DNA from: Octopus bimaculoides
Lineage: Eukaryota
NCBI RefSeq assembly: GCF_001194135.2
Contig: NC_068988.1
Span: 44,407,649-44,471,648 of the forward strand
Direction: 5' to 3'
DNA length: 64,000 nt
Shown: positions 13,043 to 25,419 of the stretch, one piece after another
Layout of the letters: each line of letters starts with the position of its first letter
Numbering within the stretch: the first letter of the stretch is position 1
Notes under the pieces: generated by a model
What the model saw: the letters and a program-made list of their open reading frames with translations, nothing else
Told to the model about the DNA's origin: nothing
Database searches by the model: none
Position numbers and translations under genes: made by a program

Positions 13043-15019
13043 ACACGTATATTTTCATGCCATATTGCACCTCTTACATTTTCATATATCTTCCACCTTC
13101 CACTTCTTTTCCCTACCCTTACCATCTTACATTCTGATATTCTCATCTTCCTCATCATTAAAAATTTTATATTCATATTCCCATGCCAACATGGAAATAT
13201 AAATTTATGTGACAGCTATCCTCCTGTTGCTGCAGCTATCCTTCCTCCAACGTAGTAATCAGTTTATATAAAGCCAACAAAAAGGGGTGTTTAATAAAAG
13301 TTTTTCAACAATGAAGAGTTGCCCTATTTAATGCCATTGCTAAAATTGTCAACTAACTGTGAACCAGTATAGTCATTCATGTTCTCCTGTTTCTTCATAT
13401 AGAATTTGAAGATGGCATAAATTCTTTAGAGGTAGTTAGATTTCTGTCCTTAAGTCCAGTTTAATAACCTAGGCTGTTTACTTTCAAGACATTAATTCCA
13501 TCAGCAGAATATCTCCTGATTATCTTTAGTGAATGATATGATATTGCTTTCTTCATTGTAGGTAATACAGTGAATCAAACGTTGAGCAAAACTTCATAAA
13601 TCATTCACTAAATTGTACGTAGCTGAGTCAGTCCTGCTGTAATGGTGTCCATTTCTTGGCTGGCATCCACCATTAATACATAAACTTACTGTGGTTACTT
13701 TGCTCCTCTGTCAAATTACTCGGATCTTAATCTAAGCATTCAACACGGTTTATCAGCGAATCTTTATCTTTATTACTGATTTCACAGATGAGTGCAAGTA
13801 GAAAATGTAGTTTTTGTTGTTGTTGTTGTTGTTGTTGTTACAATTACTGTTAGAGCGGTTGTCTAGCTCTAGTTAGCTCTGTAGAGCAGAGCTTTGGAAT
13901 AGGCATAAACAGATCAAATTCCTTAGGAGAAATACACTGAATCAAGCTCTGGACATGTTATGCATTAGCTTTCTTGAGGACAACACTGTACACCTCTTCC
14001 TACTTTGATTGGTAATGCGGAAAATAACATTACATGGGACAGTTATGTACAGGGTACAGTTAAATAGTCTGATAAACCTGGGGTAAATGCAATAGAATAG
14101 CTAGGATATGTTCTGTTAGATTTACTTAGGCTATCAGGATTTATGTGTGGTATAACAGTAAAGTTAAAGTAAGCAGTGCGTGAAAGTAGTAAACAGAGAC
14201 TATTATTATTATTATTATTATTTTCCAGTAATTTTATTTTTATTGAGTTGTGTGCTTTTACTGCATTACTGAGTGCAGCTATGAGCATCTTTGATGCATA
14301 TGGTATTTTGTTTTGATTTTCTAGTTTTTAAAGTATTGACAATACTCTAATCAGCTACATATTGTTGTCAAGGGGACAAAAAAACAAAGTAACTCCTACT
14401 TGAAATATCATTCTCTAAAAAATAAAAGTGGAAAATTAACCAAATATAGCATTGCTTATGGCCACTTTAATGTGACTGTCCTCTAAGAGATGATGACACT
14501 GCCATTTAACCCTAGGAAGACATTTCCTCAAACTGGTTTATTTAGTGTACTTCTTGCACCTGTTATTTATTGCAAGCAAGAGGTAACTCCTGCTACCCAG
14601 GCTTGAAGACCATCAGACTATGTGGTTTTGATGTGTATGGGATCTCTTTGGTGGTAGGTACTCATTGCCAGGCATGGAAGCAATTTACCTCATGTCTAGA
14701 CTGGGGCAGGAGGGTTAAAAGTAGAAACAGCCCCTATAAAAATTGGTGTCATGGAATTACTTTATAAAATCACTTCAAAAATCTACCTGCAGCAGAGGGA
14801 TCACACATCAGTCTATGTAGGATCCTTCAGTTCTTGGTTAAGTGGGCAAAAATGTTCATAGGGAGTTTTGGAGAACCCAATTCACAAATGGTGATTAGGG
14901 TGGAATGGGATCAGTTTTGTTGGGTGTTCTGGTCCTACCTAGGTGACAGCTTCTCACCTCTGCTTATTACAACATTTTTAATTATGTGTGTGTGTATGTG
15001 TGTGTGTGTGCATTTTTAA

Positions 15020-15300
15020 ACTTTTGTCTTTTACTTGTTTCAGTCCTTAGACTGTGGTCATGCTGGGGCACTACCTTGAGGAATTTTAGTCAAACTAAAC
15101 GTCTCCTGTACTTATTTTCTTTTAAAGCACGGTACTTACCCTATTAGTCTATTTTGCTGAATCACTGAGCTACAGGAACATAAACACACCAACACCAGTT
15201 GTCAATTGGTGGTGGTGGTGGGGGATAAACACAGACACAAAGACATACACATCCATTTATACATACACATACATACATACATGTATGTGGGTGTATATAT
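15020..15300 (-). mobile_element. SINE family A, 3' half
   Basis: Reverse complement of the family A tail and body. Confidence 0.75.
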
Positions 15301-15419
15301 ATGTATGTGCGTGTGTATATATAGTTGGAATTTACAAAAACAAAAAGAACAAAAGATGAAGACAGGTGTATAAACAACAAACAAATGTATTAGTTTAATG
15401 CTCGGGAAGGTGAGAAAGT

Positions 15420-15455
15420 CTTTTATGTTTCGAGCCTGTGCTCTTCAACAGAAAG
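15420..15455 (-). ncRNA. Variant minimal type-I hammerhead-like motif in a Penelope-like terminal repeat (~15340-15456)
   Basis: Minus strand CTTT-CTGTTGA-A-GAGC(acag)GCTC-GAAAC-ATA-AAAG; stems I and II pair, core A6 replaced by U. Confidence 0.45.
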
Positions 15456-16269
15456 GAACATGAAAAAATAAACAGAAGCCGCCCTATCGGGTGGCTTTTA
15501 AGCTAGCTCCTGTGGAGGGCTTGTCATTGGGCCTTGGGCTCAGCAATGACACTTCATGCATTGAGTATGTATTAAATTTTATTAAACTTGACCAATATTT
15601 TTCAAGCAATGAACAATTTTCACCAAAACAATGATATAATTTGTCAACTTGGAACTTATTGCAAAGCTGGATGATAAACAACATTTTTTGTCTTCTCATT
15701 TAGGCGTCAGTACAATTTTTTTTTCTGTCTAACCTCTTTCTTTCTTTCTCTCCCTCTTTCTGTTGATTGTTTTCAACCATCACCATCACCAGTACCACCA
15801 CCATCGCCACAACAACTGCCATACACACACCATTCAGACTTCTGACACTACCACATTTGGCTTCGCCTTTGATTTCGCCACCTTCCCCTCCACCACCATA
15901 ATATCGCTTACTATCACCATTGTCCCTGACTGTTTCAGCTACAACTACGACCACTATCATCACCGTCACCTCCGCCTCCGCCTCTGCCTCTATCACAACT
16001 ATGGCTCATACTATTACTATCACAACTGTCAATCTACTACTATCTCTATGCCTACTATTACTCTCATCCCAACATGAGCAATAGTAGGAGTGGCAATGAA
16101 TAGTAACAGTGGGGTTCGAAGTGTGACATACTGACACACAGAAATTAGTTTTCACATTTACTGTATTAGATAATTGTGTCAAGGACCTATAATCCTTTGA
16201 GGGATGCTGGCATCCTAGTTCTCTGGTTCATACCAGTGTTCAGTGAAAACCAAATATATTAGTTTTGCA

Positions 16270-16640
16270 TGCTGGGGCACCACCTTGAACTTTTACTTGA
16301 ATGTATTGACCCCAGTACTTATTTTTTAAATCTGGTACTTATTCTGTTGGTCTCATTTGCTGAACTGCTAAGTTATGGAGACATAAACACACCTAGACTG
16401 GTCGTCAAGCAATGGTAAGGTAACAAACACAAAGACAAAGACACACACACACATATAGATATACATATATACATATATATGATAGGCTTCTTTCAGTTTC
16501 TGTCTATCAAATCCACCCACAAGGCTTTGGTTCGTCTGAGGCTATAGTAGAAGACACTTGCCCAAGGTGCCACATGGTAAGACTGAACCCCGAACCATGT
16601 GATTGGAAAGCAAACTTCTTATCATGCAGTCATTCCTGCA
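16270..16640 (-). mobile_element. SINE family A, full length
   Basis: Reverse-complement head, body and tail with internal CA/TA repeat. Confidence 0.85.
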
Positions 16641-16775
16641 CCTTTATGATCATGAATTGTGTTAACAATCAAACAGTTTTAGAAATACAGTTCTATATTT
16701 AAGAGATGAGGAATTATTTACATTATTTACATTATTTACATTTGACGAATATTTGTCCTCATTTTGTTTGTTGTT

Positions 16776-16822
16776 AACACAACGTTTCGGCTGATATGCC
16801 CTCCAGCCTTCATCAGGCATCT
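16776..16822 (-). ncRNA. Minimal type-I hammerhead ribozyme motif (intact core)
   Basis: GATGC-CTGATGA-A-GGCTG(gagggcatat)CAGCC-GAAAC-GTT-GTGTT; palindromic ACGT stem III, GUU triplet. Confidence 0.7.
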
Positions 16823-16897
16823 GGGGAAATTTCGAACCTGCAATGAGAACCTTAGGAATAACTTAGGAATGAGAAACCAGGTTCAAAATTTCCCCAA

Positions 16898-16943
16898 GAC
16901 CCCTGATGAAGGCTGGAGGGTATATCAGCCGAAATGTTGTGTT
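16898..16943 (+). ncRNA. Hammerhead ribozyme motif, decayed (GAAAC to GAAAT)
   Basis: GACCC-CTGATGA-A-GGCTG(gagggtatat)CAGCC-GAAAT-GTT-GTGTT. Confidence 0.6.
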
Positions 16944-17063
16944 AACAACAAACAAGGGGAGGACAAATATCCATCAAATGTAAATAATGTAAATAAGTTT
17001 TAGAAAGTTCAGAAACTTGTGATCCTTAAAATGATGATGTTTATATCTGATAGAATAATAACA

Positions 17064-17636
17064 ATGTTGGGTAGAATTATTGGTGTTGTAGTAAGATCGA
17101 AACAGGACATTCTGCACTTAGTTCAGCAACAATGTCTGGAAACCATGAAGATCTGGAAAGAAGTTCAATTAATAAGAGACATTGAAACTTTGTTGAGAGC
17201 AATCAATATAGTGTATTCTTGATCTACACTTAAAAAATACAAACTTAAAAAAATTGTAGAGGCCTTTACCAGAAATAAAGTTATTGCTTTCAGACCAGTG
17301 AATGAAGTTAGATGGTTACTGAGACATTTTACACAGCAAAAAAAGACAAAAAATCTTACAAAAAAAAAAAAGCTCTGAGGAACTCATCACCTACTTTAAA
17401 GAAAATAAATGGTTGAATATTATCAAAAGAAAATTATAAACATCACATGAAAAGTAGCTCTGCAGGTTTTAACTGTCTTTGAAGAACTGACTATGCTGTG
17501 CATGATTCTACAGAAGCAGTAAATAGAAGACAATATTTCATGGAGTGACAAAGTTAGAGTTTTGTTAAACTTCACTGCACGAAGAAAACATGACAGTTGA
17601 TATAAGTTTACTATTGACTATTATAAACTGTCTTTG
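17064..17636 (+). pseudogene. hAT-superfamily transposase remnant (ZNF862/KIAA1586-like)
   Basis: MLGRIIGVVVRSKQDILHLVQQQC...WKEVQLIRDIETLLRAI...IAFRPVNEVRWLLRHF...ELITYFKEN; matches recalled hAT G-A-S-V-M-L-G, CxxH and RW motifs; stops and frameshifts; runs into a gap. Confidence 0.6.
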
Positions 17637-18279
17637 NNNNNNNNNNNNNNNNNNNNNNNNNNNNNNNNNNNNNNNNNNNNNNNNNNNNNNNNNNNNNNNN
17701 NNNNNNNNNNNNNNNNNNNNNNNNNNNNNNNNNNNNNNNNNNNNNNNNNNNNNNNNNNNNNNNNNNNNNNNNNNNNNNNNNNNNNNNNNNNNNNNNNNNN
17801 NNNNNNNNNNNNNNNNNNNNNNNNNNNNNNNNNNNNNNNNNNNNNNNNNNNNNNNNNNNNNNNNNNNNNNNNNNNNNNNNNNNNNNNNNNNNNNNNNNNN
17901 NNNNNNNNNNNNNNNNNNNNNNNNNNNNNNNNNNNNNNNNNNNNNNNNNNNNNNNNNNNNNNNNNNNNNNNNNNNNNNNNNNNNNNNNNNNNNNNNNNNN
18001 NNNNNNNNNNNNNNNNNNNNNNNNNNNNNNNNNNNNNNNNNNNNNNNNNNNNNNNNNNNNNNNNNNNNNNNNNNNNNNNNNATATTTAAAAAAAAACAAA
18101 GAATGAATAAATGGGTAAATACCAAAGAAAGAAGAAAGAAAGCAATTGTTCAGTGACTTAAATATACAAAACATTCTGCACAGTTTTATGTAAAATATTT
18201 TGTAAAGTTACATCAATTGTGCAACATGTAAGGATTTCTGGATAGTTTGACTACTAGATTTGTAAATAAATAAGATTTA

Positions 18280-18624
18280 ATGGAGAAACTTTCAAAATAC
18301 AAAGATCTGGAAATAGAAGTAACTCGAATGTGGATTCTAAAAACAGAAACAATTCCTATAATAGTAGGTGCATTAAGTACAGTAAAAAAAAAAAAAACAT
18401 ACAGACAAATACATAACCAAAACATTAGGACTTACAACTGTATATAACATACAGAAAATAGCACTATTAGGCACCATGCACATCCTATGTAAAGCACTTT
18501 CAATACAGTGAAAATAAGAGCATCACAACAAACCACAGTGCATACCAAAGGCACACAGAGTTGTGCTCAGTAGTGCAGTGAACACACAGGATAAAAATTA
18601 AACTATTGAATAATAATAATAATC

Positions 18625-18661
<37 letters not shown>

Positions 18662-18663
18662 TA
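18280..18663 (+). mobile_element. 3' end of R4/Dong-type RLE non-LTR retrotransposon with (TAA)n tail
   Basis: MEKLSKYKDLEIEVTRMWILKTETIPIIVGALS...YNIQKIALLGTMHILCKALSIQ*, then 3' UTR and TAA repeats. Confidence 0.8.
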
Positions 18664-18664
18664 A

Positions 18665-18880
18665 TCCTTTCTACTAAGGGCACAAGGCCTGAAATTTTTT
18701 TGGTGGGGTCAGGGACTAGTTTATTACATCAGTGCCAATGTTTCACTGGTACTCAATTTATTGACCCCAAAAGGATGAAAGGCAAAGTTGACCTTTGTGG
18801 AATTTGAACTTAGAACATAAAGACGGATGAAATGTCACTAAGCATTTTGCTCGGTGTCCTAATGGTTTTACCAGCTTGCC
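18665..18880 (-). mobile_element. SINE family B
   Basis: Reverse-complement Meta-like core and head. Confidence 0.75.
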
Positions 18881-18979
18881 ACCTTAACAACAACAACAAC
18901 AACAACAACAACAATAATAATAGTAGTAGTAGTAGTAGTAGTTGTAGTAGTTGTAGTAGTAGTAGTAGTAATGATGATG

Positions 18980-19018
<39 letters not shown>

Positions 19019-19032
19019 GATGATAACAATGA

Positions 19033-19619
19033 TATTAAAGGCAGAAACATAGAGATTGACCCTTGCTTCATTAGATCAATGTTTGGCCACAAACAACCAT
19101 AAAACAAAATCACGATAATGGTATTTGACATCAAATGCAGGATATGCAACCAGCACCGTGAGATAGTTGACCACATCGTCTCTGTTTGGCCAGTCTTTGA
19201 CAGATCTGAATAAATACACATGGGCCTGGTTGTGTTGGCAGCTATATCCACTGGGCAATATGCTGACGCTTCAATGTATTTCAAAGAAATAGGAAGTGGT
19301 CCAAGTATGTTCCAGACATGATACATGATAACTACCTGGCCACAATAACCTGGGATATGCTCATCCAAACTGACTTAGAGATCAAGGCAAACAGTCCAGA
19401 CATAAAAGACTACTCTTACACTTTTACTTGTTTCAGTCATTTGACTGCAGCCATGCTGGAGCACCGCCTTTAGTCAAGCAAATCGACTCCGGGACTTATT
19501 CTTTGTAAGTTTAGTACTTATTCTATCAGTCTCTTTTGCCAAACCACTAAGTGACGGGGACATAAACATACCAGCATCGGTTGTCAAGCAATGTTAGGGG
19601 GACAAACACAGACACACAT

Positions 19620-19656
<37 letters not shown>

Positions 19657-19959
19657 CATATATACGATGGGCTTCATCNNNNNNNNNNNNNNNNNNNNNN
19701 NNNNNNNNNNNNNNNNNNNNNNNNNNNNNNNNNNNNNNNNNNNNNNNNNNNNNNNNNNNNNNNNNNNNNNNNNNNNNNNNNNNNNNNNNNNNNNNNNNNN
19801 NNNNNNNNNNNNNNNNNNNNNNNNNNNNNNNNNNNNNNNNNNNNNNNNNNNNNNNNNNNNNNNNNNNNNNNNNNNNNNNNNNNNNNNNNNNNNNNNNNNN
19901 NNNNNNNNNNCCAGCATCGGTTGTCAAGCAATGTTAGGGGGACAAACACAGACACACAT

Positions 19960-19996
<37 letters not shown>

Positions 19997-20300
19997 CATA
20001 TATACGATGGGCTTCATCCAGTTTCCTTCAACCAAATCCACTCACAAGGCTTTGGTCGGCCTGAGGCTATAGTAGAATACACTTGTCCAAGATGCCACAC
20101 AGTGGGACTGAACCTGGAACCATGCGGTTGGTAAGCAAGCTACTTACTACACAGCCACTAAGACATTGCAATCCCTTCTGATGAAAATATTGACCAGGAA
20201 GAGATGGAGAAACTTTAAAAATACAAGAACCTTGGAATTGAAGAACAACAACGATACTTGTGATTATCAGAGCTTTGAGTACAATACCAAAAAGCTGCAT
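19033..20300 (+). mobile_element. R4/Dong-type zinc-knuckle/RLE fragment split by a family A SINE (19413-20160, minus)
   Basis: KCRICNQHREIVDHIVS and WDMLIQTDLEIKANSPDI before the SINE; DIAIPSDENIDQEEMEKL*KYKNLGIE after it. Confidence 0.75.
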
Positions 20301-20578
20301 AGCATTTGTTTTGACTTTCTGGCTCATGATGTTCTAAGTTCAAACCCCACTAAGATCAACTTTGCCTTTCATCCTTCTTAGGTTGCTAAAATAAAGTACA
20401 ACCACTTTCTCCAAATTTTTGGTTGTGTCTCTTTTTTAGACATTGATTATTTATTTCAACATTGCATGAGACAAAAATAAGTATTACTCATTGGTATTTT
20501 ATTTAAAGGGACAGTAAACTAAACAGAGTAGTTAAAAAAATAGGAGAAAATACAAGTTTAGAAGGCAATCATACTTGT

Positions 20579-20791
20579 ATCACGAGGAGTTTCTGGCTTT
20601 GGGTAAAAGGAAATACAGGAGGATCAGTTAATTCTGATTTTATTCAACATATTTCCCCCTCGGATTCACACACTTATTGCAGCAGTCCTTTAGTTTTTCT
20701 AAGCCCTGTGAAAGAACCTGGAAAGTTGGGCTTCCAGCCAGACTTTTCACGATACCCTTAAATCCAGGAACTTTCCAGCACCCACCTCATA
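20579..20791. mobile_element. Mariner-like MITE, decayed TIRs
   Basis: Left ...GAGTTTCTGGCTTT vs right AAATCCAGGAACTTTCCAGCACCCACCTCATA; TA termini. Confidence 0.5.
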
Positions 20792-20794
20792 TAT

Positions 20795-22135
20795 TAATTT
20801 CAAATTTTGGCACAAAGCCAGTAATATTGCGTGTGGGGGTAATTCAATTACATTGATTCCAGTACTCGACTGATACTTATTTTATCGACCATGAAAGGAT
20901 GAAAGGTAAAGGTGACCTTGGCAGAATTTGAACTCAGAATGTAAAGATAGATGAAATACCACAAAGCATTTTGTCCAGTGTGCTAATGCTTGTATTATAT
21001 TAAAACANNNNNNNNNNNNNNNNNNNNNNNNNNNNNNNNNNNNNNNNNNNNNNNNNNNNNNNNNNNNNNNNNNNNNNNNNNNNNNNNNNNNNNNNNNNNN
21101 NNNNNNNNNNNNNNNNNNNNNNNNNNNNNNNNNNNNNNNNNNNNNNNNNNNNNNNNNNNNNNNNNNNNNNNNNNNNNNNNNNNNNNNNNNNNNNNNNNNN
21201 NNNNNNNNNNNNNNNNNNNNNNNNNNNNNNNNNNNNNNNNNNNNNNNNNNNNNNNNNNNNNNNNNNNNNNNNNNNNNNNNNNNNNNNNNNNNNNNNNNNN
21301 NNNNNNNNNNNNNNNNNNNNNNNNNNNNNNNNNNNNNNNNNNNNNNNNNNNNNNNNNNNNNNNNNNNNNNNNNNNNNNNNNNNNNNNNNNNNNNNNNNNN
21401 NNNNNNNNNNNNNNNNNNNNNNNNNNNNNNNNNNNNNNNNNNNNNNNNNNNNNNNNNNNNNNNNNNNNNNNNNNNNNNNNNNNNNNNNNNNNNNNNNNNN
21501 NNNNNNNNNNNNNNNNNNNNNNNNNNNNNNNNTCTGAGTTCAAATTCCGCTGAGGTCGACTTTGCCTTTCATCCTTTCAGGGTCGATTAAATAAGTACCA
21601 GTTATGCATTGGGATCGATATAATTGACTTAATCCATTTGTCTGTCCTTGTTTGTCCCCTCTGTGTGTAGCCCCTTGTGGGCACTAAAGAAATAAGAAAC
21701 ATTAGCATGCTGGGAGAAATGCTTAGTGGCATTTTGTCTGTCTTTATGTTCTGAGTTCAAATTCTGCCGAGGTCGACTTTGCCTTTCATCCTTTTGGGGT
21801 CGATAAATTAAGTACCAGTTGCATACTAGGGTTGATCTAATTGACTGGTCCTCTCTCCAGAAAACTTTGGGCCTTGTGCCTAGAGTAGAAAAGAATATAT
21901 TTGTCACAGGAAAACAGTTTGTACAGCATAAGAATTTTGCATACACTGTCTACTAAAAATTACCTTGTTCTATTTTTGTCTCATTATATCCTCAACTCAT
22001 GTTCCACTGAGATTGACTTTGCCTAGAGTCATTTCAGGGTTGATAAGATAAGTACCAGTTGAACACTGGAATTGATGTAATCAACTTAAACCCACTCTTC
22101 TAAAATTGCTGGCTTTGTGCCAAAATTTTAAAATT
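20795..22135. mobile_element. Cluster of family B SINE copies (20795-20990 minus; 21532-21700, 21700-21900, 22005-22135 plus)
   Basis: Repeated GTCGACTTTGCCTTTCATCCTTT...GGGTCGAT...AAGTACCAGTTG core. Confidence 0.8.
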
Positions 22136-24024
22136 ATTATCTTTATTCAGAAGTCTTATCTTTATCATATGCTTTCACTGTAATACCAAGCATGGTTTTT
22201 TGTGCTTTGAGTATGTGCTGTGATTTGTTGTGATGCTCATATTTTTACTGTATTGAAAGTGTTTTACATAGGATGTGTGCAGTGCCTAGTAGTGCTATTT
22301 TATTATTATTATTATTATCATCATTATTATTATTATTGAGTGAGAGAGCAGTGCATGCCATCAAAGTGACACTGGGGTACAAATATATGGAACTCAATAT
22401 ACCCATCATGACTACCCATCTAATAAGAACACACCATATGGTAGTACGACTTCACCCACTGCAGCTGGTTGGCAGACTGATGCCCGAGGGTCACATCAAA
22501 TGGTTTCTAACGGTACCTCCTTGTACTTTTGGGTACCTCCGTGTACTTCCTTAAAAAGTAAGGACACATTGGAAAGTATAGTTTCAGATATACTTTAGTT
22601 GAATAAAAACTGGAATAGTCATGGATTTGATCATAGGCCTGTATGAGCAGAGCTACAGAAAAATAGCAGACTGAAGTATTTGAAAGGGAAATTGTAAACC
22701 AGTGATATATTTTTTACCATGTTGATGAAATACAGCTCATCTTAGATATTGACCATCTAAGTGTGTGCATATGTATATGAATGTGATAGTGTGCATGCTT
22801 ATGCATGTGTGCCTATATGAGTATATGATTGCTTTTGAGTGCATGTATGTGCCTGTGTGTGTACGTATATATAAACACTTTAGACAAATATATAACAAAT
22901 TCCTTATAATCTAATTCCATGTTGCAATTTTAATTTTTGATCGAAGGCATTTCTTTTCCATTAAGTCACTGATGCTCTCTAGGAAAGATATACATCATAA
23001 TTAATGTTCCCCTCACTTTCTCTCTCTTCCCCCTCTCCCCCTCTCTCTCCCTGCTCTCTCCCCGCTCTCCCCCTCTTTCTCCCCCTCTCNNNNNNNNNNN
23101 NNNNNNNNNNNNNNNNNNNNNNNNNNNNNNNNNNNNNNNNNNNNNNNNNNNNNNNNNNNNNNNNNNNNNNNNNNNNNNNNNNNNNNNNNNNNNNNNNNNN
23201 NNNNNNNNNNNNNNNNNNNNNNNNNNNNNNNNNNNNNNNNNNNNNNNNNNNNNNNNNNNNNNNNNNNNNNNNNNNNNNNNNNNNNNNNNNNNNNNNNNNN
23301 NNNNNNNNNNNNNNNNNNNNNNNNNNNNNNNNNNNNNNNNNNNNNNNNNNNNNNNNNNNNNNNNNNNNNNNNNNNNNNNNNNNNNNNNNNNNNNNNNNNN
23401 NNNNNNNNNNNNNNNNNNNNNNNNNNNNNNNNNNNNNNNNNNNNNNNNNNNNNNNNNNNNNNNNNNNNNNNNNNNNNNNNNNNNNNNNNNNNNNNNNNNN
23501 NNNNNNNNNNNNNNNNNNNNNNNNNNNNNNNNNNNNNNNNNNNNNNNNNNNNNNNNNNNNNNNNNNNNNNNNNNNNNNNNNNNNNNNNNNNNNNNNNNNN
23601 NNNNNNNNNNNNNNNNNNNNNNNNNNNNNNNNNNNNNNNNNNNNNNNNNNNNNNNNNNNNNNNNNNNNNNNNNNNNNNNNNNNNNNNNNNNNNNNNNNNN
23701 NNNNNNNNNNNNNNNNNNNNNNNNNNNNNNNNNNNNNNNNNNNNNNNNNNNNNNNNNNNNNNNNNNNNNNNNNNNNNNNNNNNNNNNNNNNNNNNNNNNN
23801 NNNNNNNNNNNNNNNNNNNNNNNNNNNNNNNNNNNNNNNNNNNNNNNNNNNNNNNNNNNNNNNNNNNNNNNNNNNNNNNNNNNNNNNNNNNNNNNNNNNN
23901 NNNNNNNNNNNNNNNNNNNNNNNNNNNNNNNNNNNNNNNNNNNNNNNNNNNNNNNNNNNNNNNNNNNNNNNNNNNNNNNNNNNNNNNNNNNNNNNNNNNN
24001 NNNNNNNNNNNNNNNNNNNNNNNN

Positions 24025-24103
<79 letters not shown>

Positions 24104-24352
24104 CAGCGAGACAGAGAGGGAGAGAGGGAGAAAAAGAGGGAGAAAAGAGAGAGAGAGAGAGATAATTGTTATGCAATCAAACGAACAAGCAAAGTGATGT
24201 TCTTAAAATTGTTGCTTGAACCGTGTTTATCCAACGTACAATGTCTGTTTAGGTAATGTTCTGTTTAAATAATGTACATGGCCATAAGTTAAAAACCTTA
24301 CTACCAACCATTGTGTTATATGTTATAATTCTGAGCTAAAACCTGTCTGAAT

Positions 24353-24381
24353 TGTCACTGTTTATCAGAAATCTGTGTATA

Positions 24382-24450
<69 letters not shown>

Positions 24451-24634
24451 GCTACTGCTACTGCTGCTGCTGCTATTACTACTGTAGTAGTATTCACTCT
24501 TTATTGTCACTGTTTATCAGAAATCTGTGTATAACTACTACTACTACTACTGCTACTGCTACTGCTGCTACTGCTATTACTACTGTAGTAGTATTCACTC
24601 TTTATTGTCACTGTTTATCAGAAATCTGTGTATA

Positions 24635-24697
<63 letters not shown>

Positions 24698-24700
24698 GCT

Positions 24701-24731
<31 letters not shown>

Positions 24732-24735
24732 CGAC
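24353..24735. repeat. Triplicated compound unit: unique spacer + (TAC)n(TGC)n
   Basis: TGTCACTGTTTATCAGAAATCTGTGTATAAC occurs three times (~24353, 24506, 24607). Confidence 0.9.
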
Positions 24736-24739
24736 TATT

Positions 24740-25030
24740 ACTACATCATCATCGTTGTCGTCATCATCGTCATCATCATCATTATCATCATCGTCATCAT
24801 CATCATCATTGTGATGATGATGATCATGGAAATGATGACCATCTTTTAACATACATTTTCCATGCTGGCATGGGTTGGACGGTTTGACAAGGAGTCAACA
24901 GCCTGGCGGACAACATCAGGTTCCAGTGTATGCTTTGGCATCATTTCCTTCATTGGATGTCCTTCCTAATGTTAACCACGTCATAGAATATATGGCTTAC
25001 TTTTTACATGGCACCAGCACAAGTGAGGTC
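24740..25030 (-). mobile_element. RTE-tailed repeat family D
   Basis: (CAT)n then TTTTCCATGCTGGCATGGGTTGGACGG, the reverse of the family D tail. Confidence 0.7.
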
Positions 25031-25419
25031 ACTTAGTAACTTACAAAGCAAGACTCCTGAATGGGGTGTTGTATTGAGGGAGTTGGCCTTAAGCCTGTGG
25101 ATAAGAAATCAAAGTATGATAGAAACATAGAAACACTTACTTTACAGCAGGGAAGATACATTGTTATCCTTGTAAGAAAAGGAGAGAATATGGTCAGAGA
25201 TACATAGGAGGGTGAACATTAAGCAGTGTATGTGTGTGTGTGTGGGGGATATCACTGGCAGAATGGGTGGGGGTGTACAAAGGAAGAGTGGATGTGAAAG
25301 GGGCATTCAACAGAAAATAAGATGGTAAAGGATGATCCTGAGAATGTGAGAATCGAAATAAGTGGATCCAGAGAGTGAGAGTGGAAGCACAAAAGGTGGG
25401 GGATGAAATGTGTTCAGTT

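Larger units (their letters stand above)
16684..16997. mobile_element. Divergent inverted pair of Penelope-like terminal repeats, each with a hammerhead motif
   Basis: Arms ~16720-16840 and ~16875-16997 are reverse complements; same sequence as 62490-62665. Confidence 0.75.

Noticed and set aside
19570-20018. ~105-bp perfect direct repeat on both sides of a gap
   Set aside because: Identical sequence flanking an N-gap is typical of contig-overlap assembly artefacts.
22273-22554. 93-aa ORF with a signal-peptide-like Leu run
   Set aside because: The Leu run is a (TTA)n microsatellite and the following sequence looks like a dispersed-repeat fragment.
23000-24160. CT-rich and GA-rich tracts facing each other across a ~935-N gap, a possible giant hairpin
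   Set aside because: The interior is unknown, and the orientation could be a scaffolding effect.
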